Assembly (NCBI RefSeq): GCF_001194135.2
Contig: NC_068981.1
Coordinates: 103,791,617-103,855,616 of the forward strand
From: Octopus bimaculoides
Lineage: Eukaryota
DNA length: 64,000 bases
Direction of reading: 5' to 3'
The translations under genes and the position numbers were made by a program. This document shows positions 51,733 to 64,000 of this stretch, one piece after another (positions within the stretch are counted from its first letter, which is position 1; the number at the start of each line of letters is the position of its first letter). The notes under the pieces were generated by a model. That model did no database searches, was not told where the DNA came from, and saw nothing but the letters and a program-made list of their open reading frames with translations.

Positions 51733-52934
51733 CTATGTGTCTTTGATGTTTGTTTTGCAACCAGATGGTTTTTGGTTCAGTCCCATTGTGTGGCACCTTG
51801 GGCAAGTAAATGTCATCTTTTATAGCCATAGGCTGAAACAAAGCCTAGATTTAATAGGTGTAAGCTGAAAGAAACCTCTCTCTCTCTCTTTGTGTGTGTG
51901 TGTGTGTGGTGGGGTGAGTGAGTGATTTCTACTTCCAGATTTCTTGCCAGATGACATTCTATTTCAGTGCCTGGTCTCACTTCATTTGAGCACAATCTAT
52001 TTTTTCCACATTGCTTCAGTATTCTTCCACTGAAACTTGCACTTTTCCCTGCACCAGGTTCCTCTCCTTCTTGCTGGAGCTGTGTCATATTTCAGCCTAC
52101 CTGTGCTACTCTCAAGAAGGGCTTTGTATTTCAGCTGCACTGTTCCCTGAGGAAGCCCTCCATTTTTCCTTATGATAATTCCTGTACTAGCCCTCCATTT
52201 TTCTCTTATTTTACAATAATAATTCCTGCAACAAATTGCTCTTCATTCTAGTTATCTAGATGTTCTCAATTCCTTGCTGACAGAACTAGACAGACGACCG
52301 AGCTTGCTTCTGTTCCTGAATAACCCAATGCTTCTCAAGCTAAACCTCAAGCCCAACATTTGTGGAAATAGCTACTCACTATGCACCCAAAGCCCTACAC
52401 AACAGTCATGGGGACTCCCTAGATACACAATGCCGGAAAATTCTGAGGAGAATCCTTTGTTGTTCAACCCAGCTTTTAATCTTCCTAGGAGCCTAGACTT
52501 GTCCACAGTTCTTGTTCCATCTTCTTGTCCACAGTTCTTGTCCCTCCTCCCTCATTCCACTCAACTCTGGTCACTTGATGGAGCTTGTGTTCTTCAGATT
52601 TCAGTCCTGTCAAAGACTCTTCACTCATGTGTCTGTATCTAACAGGATCTGATCTTCTTTTAATCTGAAGTGAAATATGTTTAGTCACCTTTGCTCTTTT
52701 CAGAACCAAAAACCAGCATAGACATTGTGAGTTTGAAACTCATACTCATCTGCTATATGAGCTTCTCTAACTACCACAACCTGGCTCTTAGGACTTTTGT
52801 TGCTACTAACTATGATGTCATCAATGACAGCTCTCATAGGTGGTTGCTTGATTTCTGAATTTCTGAGGGGTCTCTGATGCTCATTCTCTGTTGACTTGAC
52901 TAACACATTCATTACCATTATGAAGAGACGGGGT

Positions 52935-53115
52935 TATGTGAAGCTTCTGGAGACTGTGGTCAATACCTGGCTGGAGAGAGCTGCTGCTGGAAGGCCATAT
53001 ATGTGGCACCAGGATTTGGCTCCTTGCTATACAGCCAGAAAGAGTCAGAATTGGTTGTTGGAGAATTTCTATGACTTCACCAGCCCCAATTTCTGGCCTT
53101 TTAATTCCCCTGATT
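52935..53115 (+). mobile_element. Tc1/mariner (maT-like) transposase fragment
   Basis: YVKLLETVVNTWLERAAAGRPYMWHQDLAPCYTARKSQNWLLENFYDFTSPNFWPFNSPD, compared with QQDSAPxH...WPPNSPD. Confidence 0.8.
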
Positions 53116-53456
53116 ATATATATATAAGTATGCTAAAGACCAGACACAATCTCTTGTGGGCAGGAAGTGTAAAATAAAGTTTATTATAAACAACACAAAC
53201 ATTTTGTAATTTAATAGCTTTCAATGTGATACCTGTTAAACAGAAATTATATTTATTTAATGAAAATTTAATAAAATCTAATCATAAGTGAAATTATGCT
53301 AAATACAACTAAATTAAAAACCTTTTTTCCCCTGGCCATATTGACAATTCTGAAAATTTTGGGGTGCGAATTTTACATGAGTGGAAACATTTTTTAATGA
53401 TTTTTATCCTGAAAATCACCTGCGTGAATTACATAAGTGCACAAATNNNNNNNNNN

Positions 53457-53865
53457 AACCACATGGTTCCATGTTCAGTCCCACTGCATGATACCTTCAG
53501 CAAGTGTTTTCTACTATAGCCCCAGGCTGAATAATGGAAACTGAAAGAAGCATTTCACGCACACATATACACGCGCATGCATGCACGCACACACACACAC
53601 ACACGTGTCTGCGTGTTTTTGTGTCTGTGTGTTTTTGTATCTGTGTGTTTTTGTGTCTGTGTTTGTCACCCACCACTGCTCGACAACCAGTGTTGGTGTG
53701 TTTGCATCCATGTAACCTAGCAGTTTGGCAAAAAGAGACCAATAGAATAGGTACCAAACTTAAAAAGAAAATGAGTGCTAGGGTCAATTAGTTCCACTAA
53801 AATTCCTGATAGTGGTGTGCCAGCTTGGCTGAAGTCTAATGACTGAAACAAGTAAAAGATAGAAT
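53457..53865 (+). mobile_element. SINE family A
   Basis: As at 10010; the head begins at the N-gap. Confidence 0.75.
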
Positions 53866-53904
53866 AAAAGAGATAGCATGCTTCTGTATCATAAGCAGCA
53901 GCAT

Positions 53905-54960
53905 CATCAATATCATTTAACTTCCATTTTCCGTGCTGGTATGGGTCAGATGGCTTGAGAGAAGCTAACAAAGCCAGGATCCACACCATATTCTATAATC
54001 TGTTATTGTCTTGGGTTCTACAGCTAGATTCTCTTCTTAACACTAGCCACTTTACAAAGTGCACTAGATAATTTTTCTGTGGCACCAGGACCAGTGCTTT
54101 TTCTGTGGCACCAGCACCAGTGCTTTTAACGTGACACCAGCACCAGTGCTTTCAACATGGGACCAGCACTTTCTCCATGGTACCAGCACCAGTGCTTTTT
54201 ATGTGACACTAACACCAGTGCCTTTTACATGACATCTTGGTTTTTGGCTATCAGTTCTGTTGTAACTGGTGGATCTTCTTGAGTACGGCAATGTACCACA
54301 TATCTCAGTCCTTTGTTATCTCCTTTGTAAATCCCAGCATTTTAAGATCAGCCTTCAATACTTTGTCTCATGTCTTCCGGGGTCTCACCCTTCCACAGTT
54401 TGTCTCCACTTTGAGTGATCAGCAACTCTTTATGCAGTTGTCTTCATCCTTCTGCATCACATGACCAAACCAGTGCAGTCTTCTCTCTTGCACACTGCTT
54501 CTAATTCCTCATATGCCTAACTTTTCTTTCAATGCACATGTACACTGGCATTGCACATCCAGTAAAACATACCAGCTTCATTCTTCTCTAGTCTTTGCAT
54601 GTCCTATTCAAAGCCTATGTCTCACTACCATGTAGCATGGCAGTTTGTATACTTATATCATACAATCAGTGAGAGAGAGACCTTTGCTTGCCAACAGAGG
54701 TAAGAGCTCTCTGAAATTTTTCCATCCTATTCTTATTCTAGCAATTACACTTTCAGTGCATCCTCCTCCACTGCTAATTAGGTCACCTAGGTAGCAGAAA
54801 TTATCTACTACTTCCTGAGAGCCTCTGGGACATTTGAGAAAATCGGTTTCCCATGCATCTGTTGTCTTTATGGCTCCGGTACATCTTCCACACACAAACG
54901 CTACTTTCTCTGTTAACCTTCCTACAATTCCACTGCACCTCTTGTGTGTCAATAGTTTGC
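53905..54960 (-). mobile_element. RTE-clade LINE: ORF C-terminus and 3'UTR, disrupted
   Basis: EVVDNFCYLGDLISSGGGCTESVIARIRIGWKNFRELLPLL, MLHGSET, QERRLHWFGHVM, RPRKT; 24-bp repeats at 54070-54235; (TGA)n tail. Confidence 0.85.
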
Positions 54961-54972
54961 ACTGGGTGCAAG

Positions 54973-55019
<47 letters not shown>

Positions 55020-55394
55020 TGTGTCTGTCTGTTTTTATATATATATACACATGCACATATATAATACAAACACTAATATTCAAACATAGAAATAGGTAAA
55101 CAAACAAATATGTAATTACACTAACATGTGGACACACTAACACGGTACATTAACATACGTTCTAATGCAAATACATTAACATTAATGCATTAACACATGG
55201 GCACTAACACTAACATAAACAAACACTGACACACACTAACACATGCTCTCTGACTTTTTAATGTATACATATTCAAACTCACATATACATCCAAATGCAT
55301 ACATGTATATTTGAAGATGCACACATACATTCCATCGTGTAAAATGGATACAAACACTGACCACATACTACTATATTCACATGCAGAGACATAA

Positions 55395-55755
55395 TGACAC
55401 AAATGCATGCTTTGACACAAATACATATATACAAACACACATACACACAGATAAACAGAGGCTTTGACACAAACATTTATATACAAACAAGCGCAAATAC
55501 ACACATACTAACAAACACATATACACATGTACACTAAAGAACACACACAAACACATACAAACTAACAGATGCTTTGACACAAATGCATACATACAAACAA
55601 GCACATGCATATACACAAACAAAATATGCTTTGACGCAGACATACAGGGAAACAAGCACAAACACACACATGCTAACTAACACAGTCATGTACACATACA
55701 CACACTAAAGAACAGATATAGTCTAACAGATGCTTTGACACAAGCATATACATAC
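55395..55755. repeat. Degenerate motif array (GCTTTGACACAAA...ACAAACAAGC) in CA-rich spacers
   Basis: Five copies at about 55410, 55460, 55570, 55628 and 55730. Confidence 0.7.
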
Positions 55756-55764
55756 TTGTTAGGC

Positions 55765-56150
55765 ACAGGCATGGCTGAGTGGTAATAAACTTGCTTCCCA
55801 ACCACATGATTCTGGGTTCAGTCCCACTGCATGGCACTTTGGACAAGTGACTTCTACTATAGCCTCAGGCTGACCAAGCTTTCTGAGTGGATTTGGTAGG
55901 CAGAGACTGAAAGAAGTCTGTTGTGTATATATGTGTTTATATATATGTGTGTGTGTGTATGTCTGTGTTTGTCACCCCCACCATCACTTGACAGCCGATG
56001 TTGGTGTGTTACCTAGCAGTTCAGCAAAATAGACTGATAAAATAAGTACTACGCTTACAAAGAATAAGTCCTGGGGGTGATTTCTTTGACTATAACCCTT
56101 TAAGGCAGTGATCCAGCATGGCCGCAGTCACATGAGTGAAACAAGTGAGA
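55765..56150 (+). mobile_element. SINE family A (inverted partner at 57375-57760)
   Basis: As at 10010. Confidence 0.8.
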
Positions 56151-56650
56151 ATATATATATATAAATGGATGTGTGTGTATATATATATACATACACTCAT
56201 GATAAAACAGACACATAGAGCCCAGTGTAGCTCTTTCCAGCTTGCCAACTCCTGATGAACCATCCAATCTATACCTGAAGGGAGAAAACAGACATTAAAT
56301 GTTGATGATGATGATATGTGTGTGTGTATATATATATTTCGTTTTCCTGTCTTGTTTTCCGTCCGCCACTACCCTCTGCGAAAACAATTTGATTTGTGTT
56401 CGTGGGAAGAACCATTTTAACGATGCGTACTGCCTTAATACTTCGAAACGCCGGAGTTTTAATGGTGGCAGCTGATGAAGGGGATGTTTCTATGTGGCCT
56501 GCTTGTTTGTTGCACCTTGTTTACCATTTTTGTCCTTGTTCTTTTGCCACGTCATGTACCCAGTTATGTATCTATATGTACATGTGGATGAACGTATATA
56601 CATACATGTACATATATATGCATATACTCATATATTGTTTATATATATAC

Positions 56651-56688
<38 letters not shown>

Positions 56689-56707
56689 ATATACATATGT
56701 GTGTGTG

Positions 56708-56767
<60 letters not shown>

Positions 56768-57115
56768 GTATGTAGGTTTAAAAAAGCTTATGTCTGTGTT
56801 GTTACTCTTCTTGTGTTAATAACTTAGGATGACAAGAGCAAAAATAATTAAAATCAAAATGGAAAGTGTGACGACAAAGTCAAAACCTGTAGTTGTTGTT
56901 TAGCTCCTCCCTCATCCCTATTCCACCTGAATACCCTAGTCATTCCTGATTGAGAAGATCTATTATCAGATGTGTTCCAGGCATGACCATCCTGTCTTTC
57001 CATCTTCAGATATAGTTAACATAGAATTATATTAGTTGGTGTGTCCTTTCAAATTTGTTTTTAAAGGTAGTCATAGCGTGGACAATTAAGAAATTTGGTT
57101 GCTATTTCTAGTGAA

Positions 57116-57343
57116 CTAACCCTTTAACATTCAGATTATTCTGCCAAATGTAATACTTATTTATTCACATTTTGTAAAGTTAATTATGTATTATCTTGTA
57201 GCTTCCAGATTTTGAAGATGTGATTGTTTATTTTGAGAATGACATTGTAGGTTGGGTGTGAGAGGTTGGATCTGGCCATTTTCAACTTAAAGCAGATGGA
57301 ATATTTGGGCCGGATGTGGCTGGTTTAAGTGCTAAAGAGTTAA
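57116..57343. mobile_element. piggyBac-type MITE
   Basis: (c)taaccctttaacattc...gctaaagagttaa; same body as 5959-6200. Confidence 0.7.
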
Positions 57344-59503
57344 ATTACCAATGAAAGGTATTTTTAACCACAGCTTTTACTAGTTTCAGTTATTTTACTA
57401 TGGTCATGCTGGGGCATCACCTTGAAGGGCTTTAGTTGAAAAAAATCAATCCCAGAACTTATACTGATACTTATCCTATTGGTCTCTTTTGCTGAACTGC
57501 TAAGTTACAGGATGTAAACACAGCAACAACGGTTGTCAAGTAGTGGGGAGGGACACAGACATAAAGACACACACACACACACATAGATATATACATATGT
57601 ATACAATGAGCTTCTTTCAGTTTCTGTCTACCAAATCTACTCACAAGGCTTCAGTGAGGTCGAGGCCATGGTAGAAGACACTTGCCCAAGGTGTCACGCA
57701 GTGAGACTGAACACGGAACCATGTGGTTAGGAAGCAAGGTTCTTACCACACAGCCACATTTGTGCCTGTTCACATCCCTTTTTTTTCTTCTTTTCAATGA
57801 CCGTGTATCAGGAACCTTCACAAGCAAACTGCAGCTTGCAGGAGTTACTGAATGGCAAAAAAATTATCTTGAATGTTTTTTTAGCTGTTGATAAGCCATG
57901 TCTCATGCTGCTCACNNNNNNNNNNNNNNNNNNNNNNNNNNNNNNNNNNNNNNNNNNNNNNNNNNNNNNNNNNNNNNNNNNNNNNNNNNNNNNNNNNNNN
58001 NNNNNNNNNNNNNNNNNNNNNNNNNNNNNNNNNNNNNNNNNNNNNNNNNNNNNNNNNNNNNNNNNNNNNNNNNNNNNNNNNNNNNNNNNNNNNNNNNNNN
58101 NNNNNNNNNNNNNNNNNNNNNNNNNNNNNNNNNNNNNNNNNNNNNNNNNNNNNNNNNNNNNNNNNNNNNNNNNNNNNNNNNNNNNNNNNNNNNNNNNNNN
58201 NNNNNNNNNNNNNNNNNNNNNNNNNNNNNNNNNNNNNNNNNNNNNNNNNNNNNNNNNNNGTTGTCAAGCATTGGTGGGAGACACACATATATATAGACAA
58301 AGAGATATGTGCGTTGATCAAAGGATTTTACCAATCCACCACATTTATAAGAATTTCTTATATAGACACAAGGTTAAAAATTTTATGGGGAGGAGCTAGT
58401 AGTCAAATCAATCATGATACTTGAATGAGGCTTCATTTTTTTTTAAATTTCATCAATTGGATCCTGGGTATGACTTTAAACTGCATTCAATAGTAGAGCC
58501 CTGGTTTAGAAGTTCCAGGATTTTGAGAAGTGTGGGACCACCCCTTAGCCACTATTGATCCCAGGTGTACCCTGACCTGGTGTAGTAGCACCTGTGAAGG
58601 TCCCAGTTATGGGTTAATTAGCATATTGGGGCTTGCCTGCCTATGCATTTGAAGACGGATCTGGCAGACTTTGCAAAAGCAACAGAGGGGAAGGCAGCCA
58701 CAGCAGTGCATTGTGGTGTGTAGAGAGGTTGAGTCAGATGAGGCAAGTAGGACACCTTGGTCGTCCACTGCAGTCATTTCCATCTCCAGTTGTTTTGACC
58801 TGGTCTTGCAGCTGGATTGATGATGGTTACAGATGAGAAAGAGTGTGGTCGGTGGTACACAACTCTTCTTCACTTTAAATAAAGACGAGCCATTAGTCAT
58901 TGTTTGGATGACTAGATGATCCTTGTCACTCCAAGAGACACACATGATTTTACCAATCTCAGAATGATCAAAGCAAAGATGGCTCTGGCAGAATTTGAAC
59001 ACAGAATTTAAAGATTTAAAAGAAATACTGTATATGATCCATGATCATCCAATGTCTAATAAATTCTTTATTTAAGATAGTCATGTGTGATTTGTGAGTG
59101 ATTTGGTTGCTATTTCTAACAAACTGAATACCCACAGTGAAGTTTCCTCATTGACTTTGGGAAGGAATGTGTGTGCATTTGTGCTTATGGTGGATATTCT
59201 TTATGGAATTGTTCTTCTGAGACATGTCTCAGCTATTTCCAAACGCTTTGTTTCTGTGTTTCTTTGTTACAATGACTGCTGAGGTTAATCTCTTTTTGTT
59301 GGAAGTCATCAATCACTTAAGACCAGGGCTGGTGGGTGGCATTAATCCACCCACCTGTTTCAAAAGTGAACAACAATACTTTGCAGCAAGATGCTACTTT
59401 TTTTTTCCTATTCTTTCTCCTCTAACTTCCCATTATCACATCACACCAGCCAGGAGTAAGGTGAGAAAAAACAAAACAAAAAACAAAAGAAACAATAATG
59501 ACG

Positions 59504-59552
<49 letters not shown>

Positions 59553-60141
59553 TAATATAATAACAACAACAGAACAAGATAAAAAGGTTTAAAGAAACAA
59601 GAAAGGAGAACACTTTTAGTCCTCCATTCTTTCATTCATTATCTGTTTGTTTTTGTTTAATTTATTTTATTATTATTTTTTTTATAAGTGCTGGCTGCTT
59701 GCTTACAAGTTAAACATGTTTGAAAGACAAACAAAGAAGGTACATATAAACGCAGGGAGAAAAAAACAGCTACCCTTTCTTTCTCCTATTTTTCAATTGT
59801 TAGATGAGTGTGTATAAAAGGGGTTTCAAAAAACAAAAATAATGAAATAATAAAAACTAGAAAATTTTTAAAATTTCATTCAGGTTTAACTGCTCAGAAA
59901 GAGAAAATAGTTTGTGAAGTAGAAAAGGAAGAAAGTTGTTGTTGTTGTTATTATTCATTGTTTAGCCCCAGGTCAAACCTGTGAGAACAGAACTACCATA
60001 TTTCCTGGTGTCGAGCATGCTCCAGATTTTCTTCATAACCTATTTTGAACTCCTGAAGAGTGTTGTTATATCTGTTCTAAACTTAACATGTTTCATTTCT
60101 ACAGATGTAATAGACAAAATGCAGACTATAAGGAATCAGCA

Positions 60142-60176
<35 letters not shown>

Positions 60177-60177
60177 C

Positions 60178-60620
60178 ATCATCATCATTATCATCGTTTA
60201 ATGTCCATTTTTCCATGCTGGCATGGGTTGGATGGTTTGACTGAGGTCTGGAGAGCCAGCGGCTGTACCAGGCTTCAATCTGATCTGGCAATGTTTCTAC
60301 AGCTGGATGCCCTTCCTAACTCCAAACACTCCGAGAGTGTAGTGGGTACTTTTTACATGCCACTGGCACAGGAACCAGTCAGGTGGGCCTGGCATCAATC
60401 GCGTTCAGATAGTGCTTTTTACATGCCAGCAGCACAGGAGCTAGTCAGGGAGTACTGGCATGGGCCACATTTGGATGGTGCTTTTTACGTGCCACCAGCA
60501 TGGGAGCCAGTCAGACGAACCTGGCATTGACCATGTTTGGATGCTGCTTTTTATTTGCTACCGGCATGGGAGTTAGTCAGGGGGCACTGGCCACAGCTAC
60601 AATTTTGGGTTTACTTGACA
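60178..60620 (-). mobile_element. RTE 3'UTR with about 50-60-bp internal repeats
   Basis: (TCA)n tail; repeated ttttacatgcc...agccagtcagg units. Confidence 0.7.
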
Positions 60621-61492
60621 CAGCAGGTCTTCTCAAGCATATCATATCACCCAACGCATCAAGGGTATTCTTAAATGGGCCAGACATGCAACACTGGCAT
60701 TGGCCATGGCTGCAATCTCACTGTAGTTGCCAGCTCTTCTAAATCACAGCATATTTCCAAAGGTCTCAGTCCCCTGTCATTGCCTCAGTGAGGCCCAATG
60801 TTACTATGCCAATTTGTTTTTTTTGTATGTACCTGTCGTGTGTGTCACACTTACTCCAAACAAGTGAATGGCAAAGTGAGAAAGAGAAGGACAGAGAGGA
60901 AGTAAGAGGGAAAGAGAGAGAGTGAGAGAAAGAGAGAGAGTGAAAGAGACAGTGAGTGATGACGGGCATTCGTTTTGTGTTTTTAATGTTTATCACATCG
61001 CAAAACAAGTAGATACATAGATCGAAAGAAAAGTTGATACATAGATACACACATTGCTAAATTAAAAATGGAAGAGAGGAGGGACATAGAGGAAGTGAAA
61101 GTGAAAGAGAGAAAGTGAGAGAGATAGTAGACACATAGACCCAAAGAAAAGTTGATACACAGATACATAGACACATTGTTAAATCAAAGACAAATAACTA
61201 CAGCAAATATTGGATGTCACTTTCACCTTTCATTACCACACGAGGATAAATTTAACTTGCAAGTGGTTGAGTACCTCACAAACAGATATGTATTTTAAGG
61301 CTAAATAGTAATTCTGCTTACATTTGCGTAACAGACATTTTGGTTGGATTACATAGTTATCAATTTTACACTTCTTTCTATATTCTGTAACTGTCACAAT
61401 ATAGAAGCATTTCTCATGGCACCAACACACAATTTACAGATGCTTACATTTTTTATGTTTTCTGTGAATTTTTTCACGGGTTCAGCTAGTTA

Positions 61493-62001
61493 TTATTATT
61501 ATTATTGAGTGAGAGAGCAGAGCTTGCCATAAAAGTGACACTGGGACAAAATATACGAAGCCCAATATACCCATCATGACTACCTGTCTGATAAGGGTAC
61601 ACCAAGCACATGCATCATAATCACATGTGCGCAATATGGTGATCTCATATCAAGATAAACAACACATGACCTTACAGGTGGGGCCCAGTTAGAATTTTTT
61701 TCAGGTCAAGTAACACATCCTACTCAAATGGTCCTTGAATAAGGGTTGTTTAAGGATGTTGAATGAAACACACATGTTTCCAGAGGTAAATTATTCAAAC
61801 TCCAAAGAATTTCCCTCAACACATGGCTATGATGCTCCCCCACTACTTCTGCTCATGATCAGAGATACACATATCGTGAACCACCAAGAGACATGCTCAA
61901 CTGGTTACAGTCAAGCAACTGACAAGCAAATCTGTGGTATTGAGCAGAATATTTGCTGTAGCCCATCTTTTTTACCAAGACAAAATAATGTACATGATAT
62001 C

Positions 62002-62035
<34 letters not shown>
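61493..62035 (-). mobile_element. Element of about 0.5 kb flanked by (TAA)n on both sides, probably a non-LTR 3' end
   Basis: ttattattattattgagtgagagagcag ... gatatcagtattattattatt; no ORF. Confidence 0.5.
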
Positions 62036-62037
<2 letters not shown>

Positions 62038-63001
62038 GAAGGTGGTGAGCTGAAATAATTAGCATGCTGGGTAAAATATTTAACAGCATTTCATCTATCT
62101 TTATGTTTCAAGTTCAAATTCTGCTGAGGTCAACTTTGCTTTTCATCCTTTTTGGGTCGATAAAATATGTACCAGTTGAGCACTGGGGTTGATGTAATCA
62201 ATTAGCCCCCTCAGTCCTCAGTCAAATCGTCCAACCCATGCTAGCATGGAAAGCGGACGTTAAACGACGATGACGATGATGATGATATCACAGGTGTTCA
62301 TTGATGAATTGACTAAGTCATTAGAGGGTTGGATAGCATGCTTTGCAGTATTCATTACAGCTCTTTGTATTCTGAGTTCAAATCATGCTAAGGTCACTAT
62401 GTCTTTCATCCATCATGGATCCATAAAATACCAGTCAAATATGAGGATTGATTCTTCTCTCTGTCTCCTTTCCCTCTTTTTCTGAATTGGTCACGTTGTG
62501 TTAGGAGAAGGGTCGTGAGAGACCAATCACAGGGCTCCTTTCTTCAGAAATGGACAAAGTTTGTATGACACTTTAGCAACCACTTCACATAGAAAAGCTA
62601 ATATTCTATGAGAATCTTAACAAAAACAGTCTGATGGAGCACAGCACTGATTGGTAACAAGAATCTACTGAAGGGTCGCACTAATATCTACAAGATAAAC
62701 TTTTATATGTGCATGTTCTGTTTAAGTCAATTAAAAAGAAACTAGAAATAGCTACCAAAAATAATATGAACTAGCAGACCAACTACCTCTGTTTAAAGTG
62801 AATTCAATATTTTGATTAGCTCATTGATAAGTGGCATTTCTTTTTTTCTTTGTTTCTTCCTTTTCTTTTTATGAAAAAATGTAATCTTACTTCAGAAAAA
62901 TTAATTCAGAGGAAGCAGAAATTTCTAAATCTTTGCATTTTTTCCCCTTCTTTTTGTTTTTCCTGAAGTAATATTTCACTGTTTTTCTTTTCTTTTTTCA
63001 G

Positions 63002-63094
63002 ATATGTTTTTGGAAACATATATTTTTTGACCACTGGTTTTTTACCAGCTGCCTCAGCTGCTTTACTTAGTATTTGTTTAGAAAGAAAATCCAG
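63002..63094 (+). CDS. TMEM135: TMEM135 coding exon 3 (93 nt, phase 2 to 2)
   Basis: Long polypyrimidine tract then ttttcag|A TAT...TCC AG|gtattt. Translates (R)YVFGNIYFLTTGFLPAASAALLSICLERKSR, versus recalled human [31 protein letters not shown]. Phase joins exon 2. Confidence 0.95.
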
Positions 63095-63119
63095 GTATTT
63101 CATTTATTATTATCACTAT

Positions 63120-63895
63120 TCATCATCATCAGCATCATCCTCATCATCATCGTTTAATGTCCACTTTCCATGCTGGCATGGGTTGGATGGTTTAACTGGA
63201 GTTGGTTACGCAGAGGATTGCACCAGACTTCTGTGTCTATTTTGACATAGTTTTTTATAGTTGGACTCGCTTCCTAACAACAACCACCCTGTAGAGTGAA
63301 CTGAGTGCTTTTTCTATGGCACCATCATGGATGAGGTCAGTTTTGGTCTAGTTTTTACAGCTGAATGCCTTCCCAAACACCAACAACTTTACAGTGTGGA
63401 CTGGATGCTTTGTACATGGCACTAGCAGGGACACCAAGTAACTTGCAAGACAAAGATTCTTTAATAGGGAAGGGGAGAATTGGAGGAGGGGATCTCGTGC
63501 CAGATGAGAAAGGTGATGAGTGTGACAGAGAGACAGATACGGATGTCTTGCTGTGGAGGAGGTACATGGTTACTTGGCTAGAAAGAGAAAGAGAGAGAGA
63601 GAGAATGAAACTATTATTATTACTATTATTGATATCCTGAAACCACATAAAAGGTATTGGTGTGAGTGCTGATGCCATGTAAAAAAACACTGGTGATAGT
63701 ACCACATAAAAAGCGCCCATTATACTTTCTAAAGTGGTTGACGTAAAGAAGAGTATCCAGTTGTAGAAACTAAGCCAAAACAGACTATGGAACATAGTGT
63801 GACCACTGGCCTTCCCAGTTCCTGTTCAGTTGTCTGACCCATGCCAGCCTGGAATACAGATGTTATATATTGATGATGATAATGATGATGATTGA
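63120..63895. mobile_element. Two RTE 3' fragments in inverted orientation (63120-63440 minus; 63655-63895 plus)
   Basis: (TCA)n...ccatgctggcatgggttgg on the left and cccatgccagcctgg...tgatgatgat on the right. Confidence 0.65.
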
Positions 63896-64000
63896 TGTTG
63901 TTCTTGCTGTCTCCTGAATGTTGCTTTACTGTCTTTCTTTGGCCAGGAAAGCAGGTAGCTTTCCTCTGACCAGTAGCTATGGTGAAAGAGGTTGTGCAGT

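Noticed and set aside
55395-55755. CRISPR-like look: repeated GCTTTGACACAAA motif with variable spacers
   Set aside because: Eukaryotic intron, irregular 50-110-nt spacing, CA-microsatellite spacers, degenerate repeats and no cas genes.
56425-56500. Hammerhead core words GAAAC and CTGATGA close together
   Set aside because: Neither the type I nor the type II arrangement gives pairing stems I and II.

Overview
Eukaryotic, AT-rich, microsatellite-dense scaffold DNA with seven N-gaps. The repeat families look like those of an octopod cephalopod (inference). Only two exons are confidently recognisable. Both belong to TMEM135 on the + strand: exon 2 (38038-38165) and exon 3 (63002-63094), separated by a 24.8-kb intron. 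No TMEM135 exon 1 was found, so 1-38037 is probably all intron 1. Inside that region, on the - strand, lies a phase-consistent chain of spliced exons (core 14766-16044; candidates out to about 26.1-31.1 kb and down to about 12.65 kb). It encodes an unrecognised, largely helical protein and has at least one unavoidable frameshift, so it is a nested antisense gene that is either decaying or mis-assembled. The rest is transposon debris: tRNA-derived SINEs of several families, RTE, CR1-group and Tx1-like LINE remnants, Penelope-like elements (one with a well-formed hammerhead ribozyme, another with a degenerate one), mariner, maT and Tigger fossils, piggyBac-type and hAT MITEs, a Helitron 3' end and two large foldback palindromes. 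Nearly all entries in the supplied ORF track are microsatellite or repeat artefacts. All calls are by eye; no searches were run.
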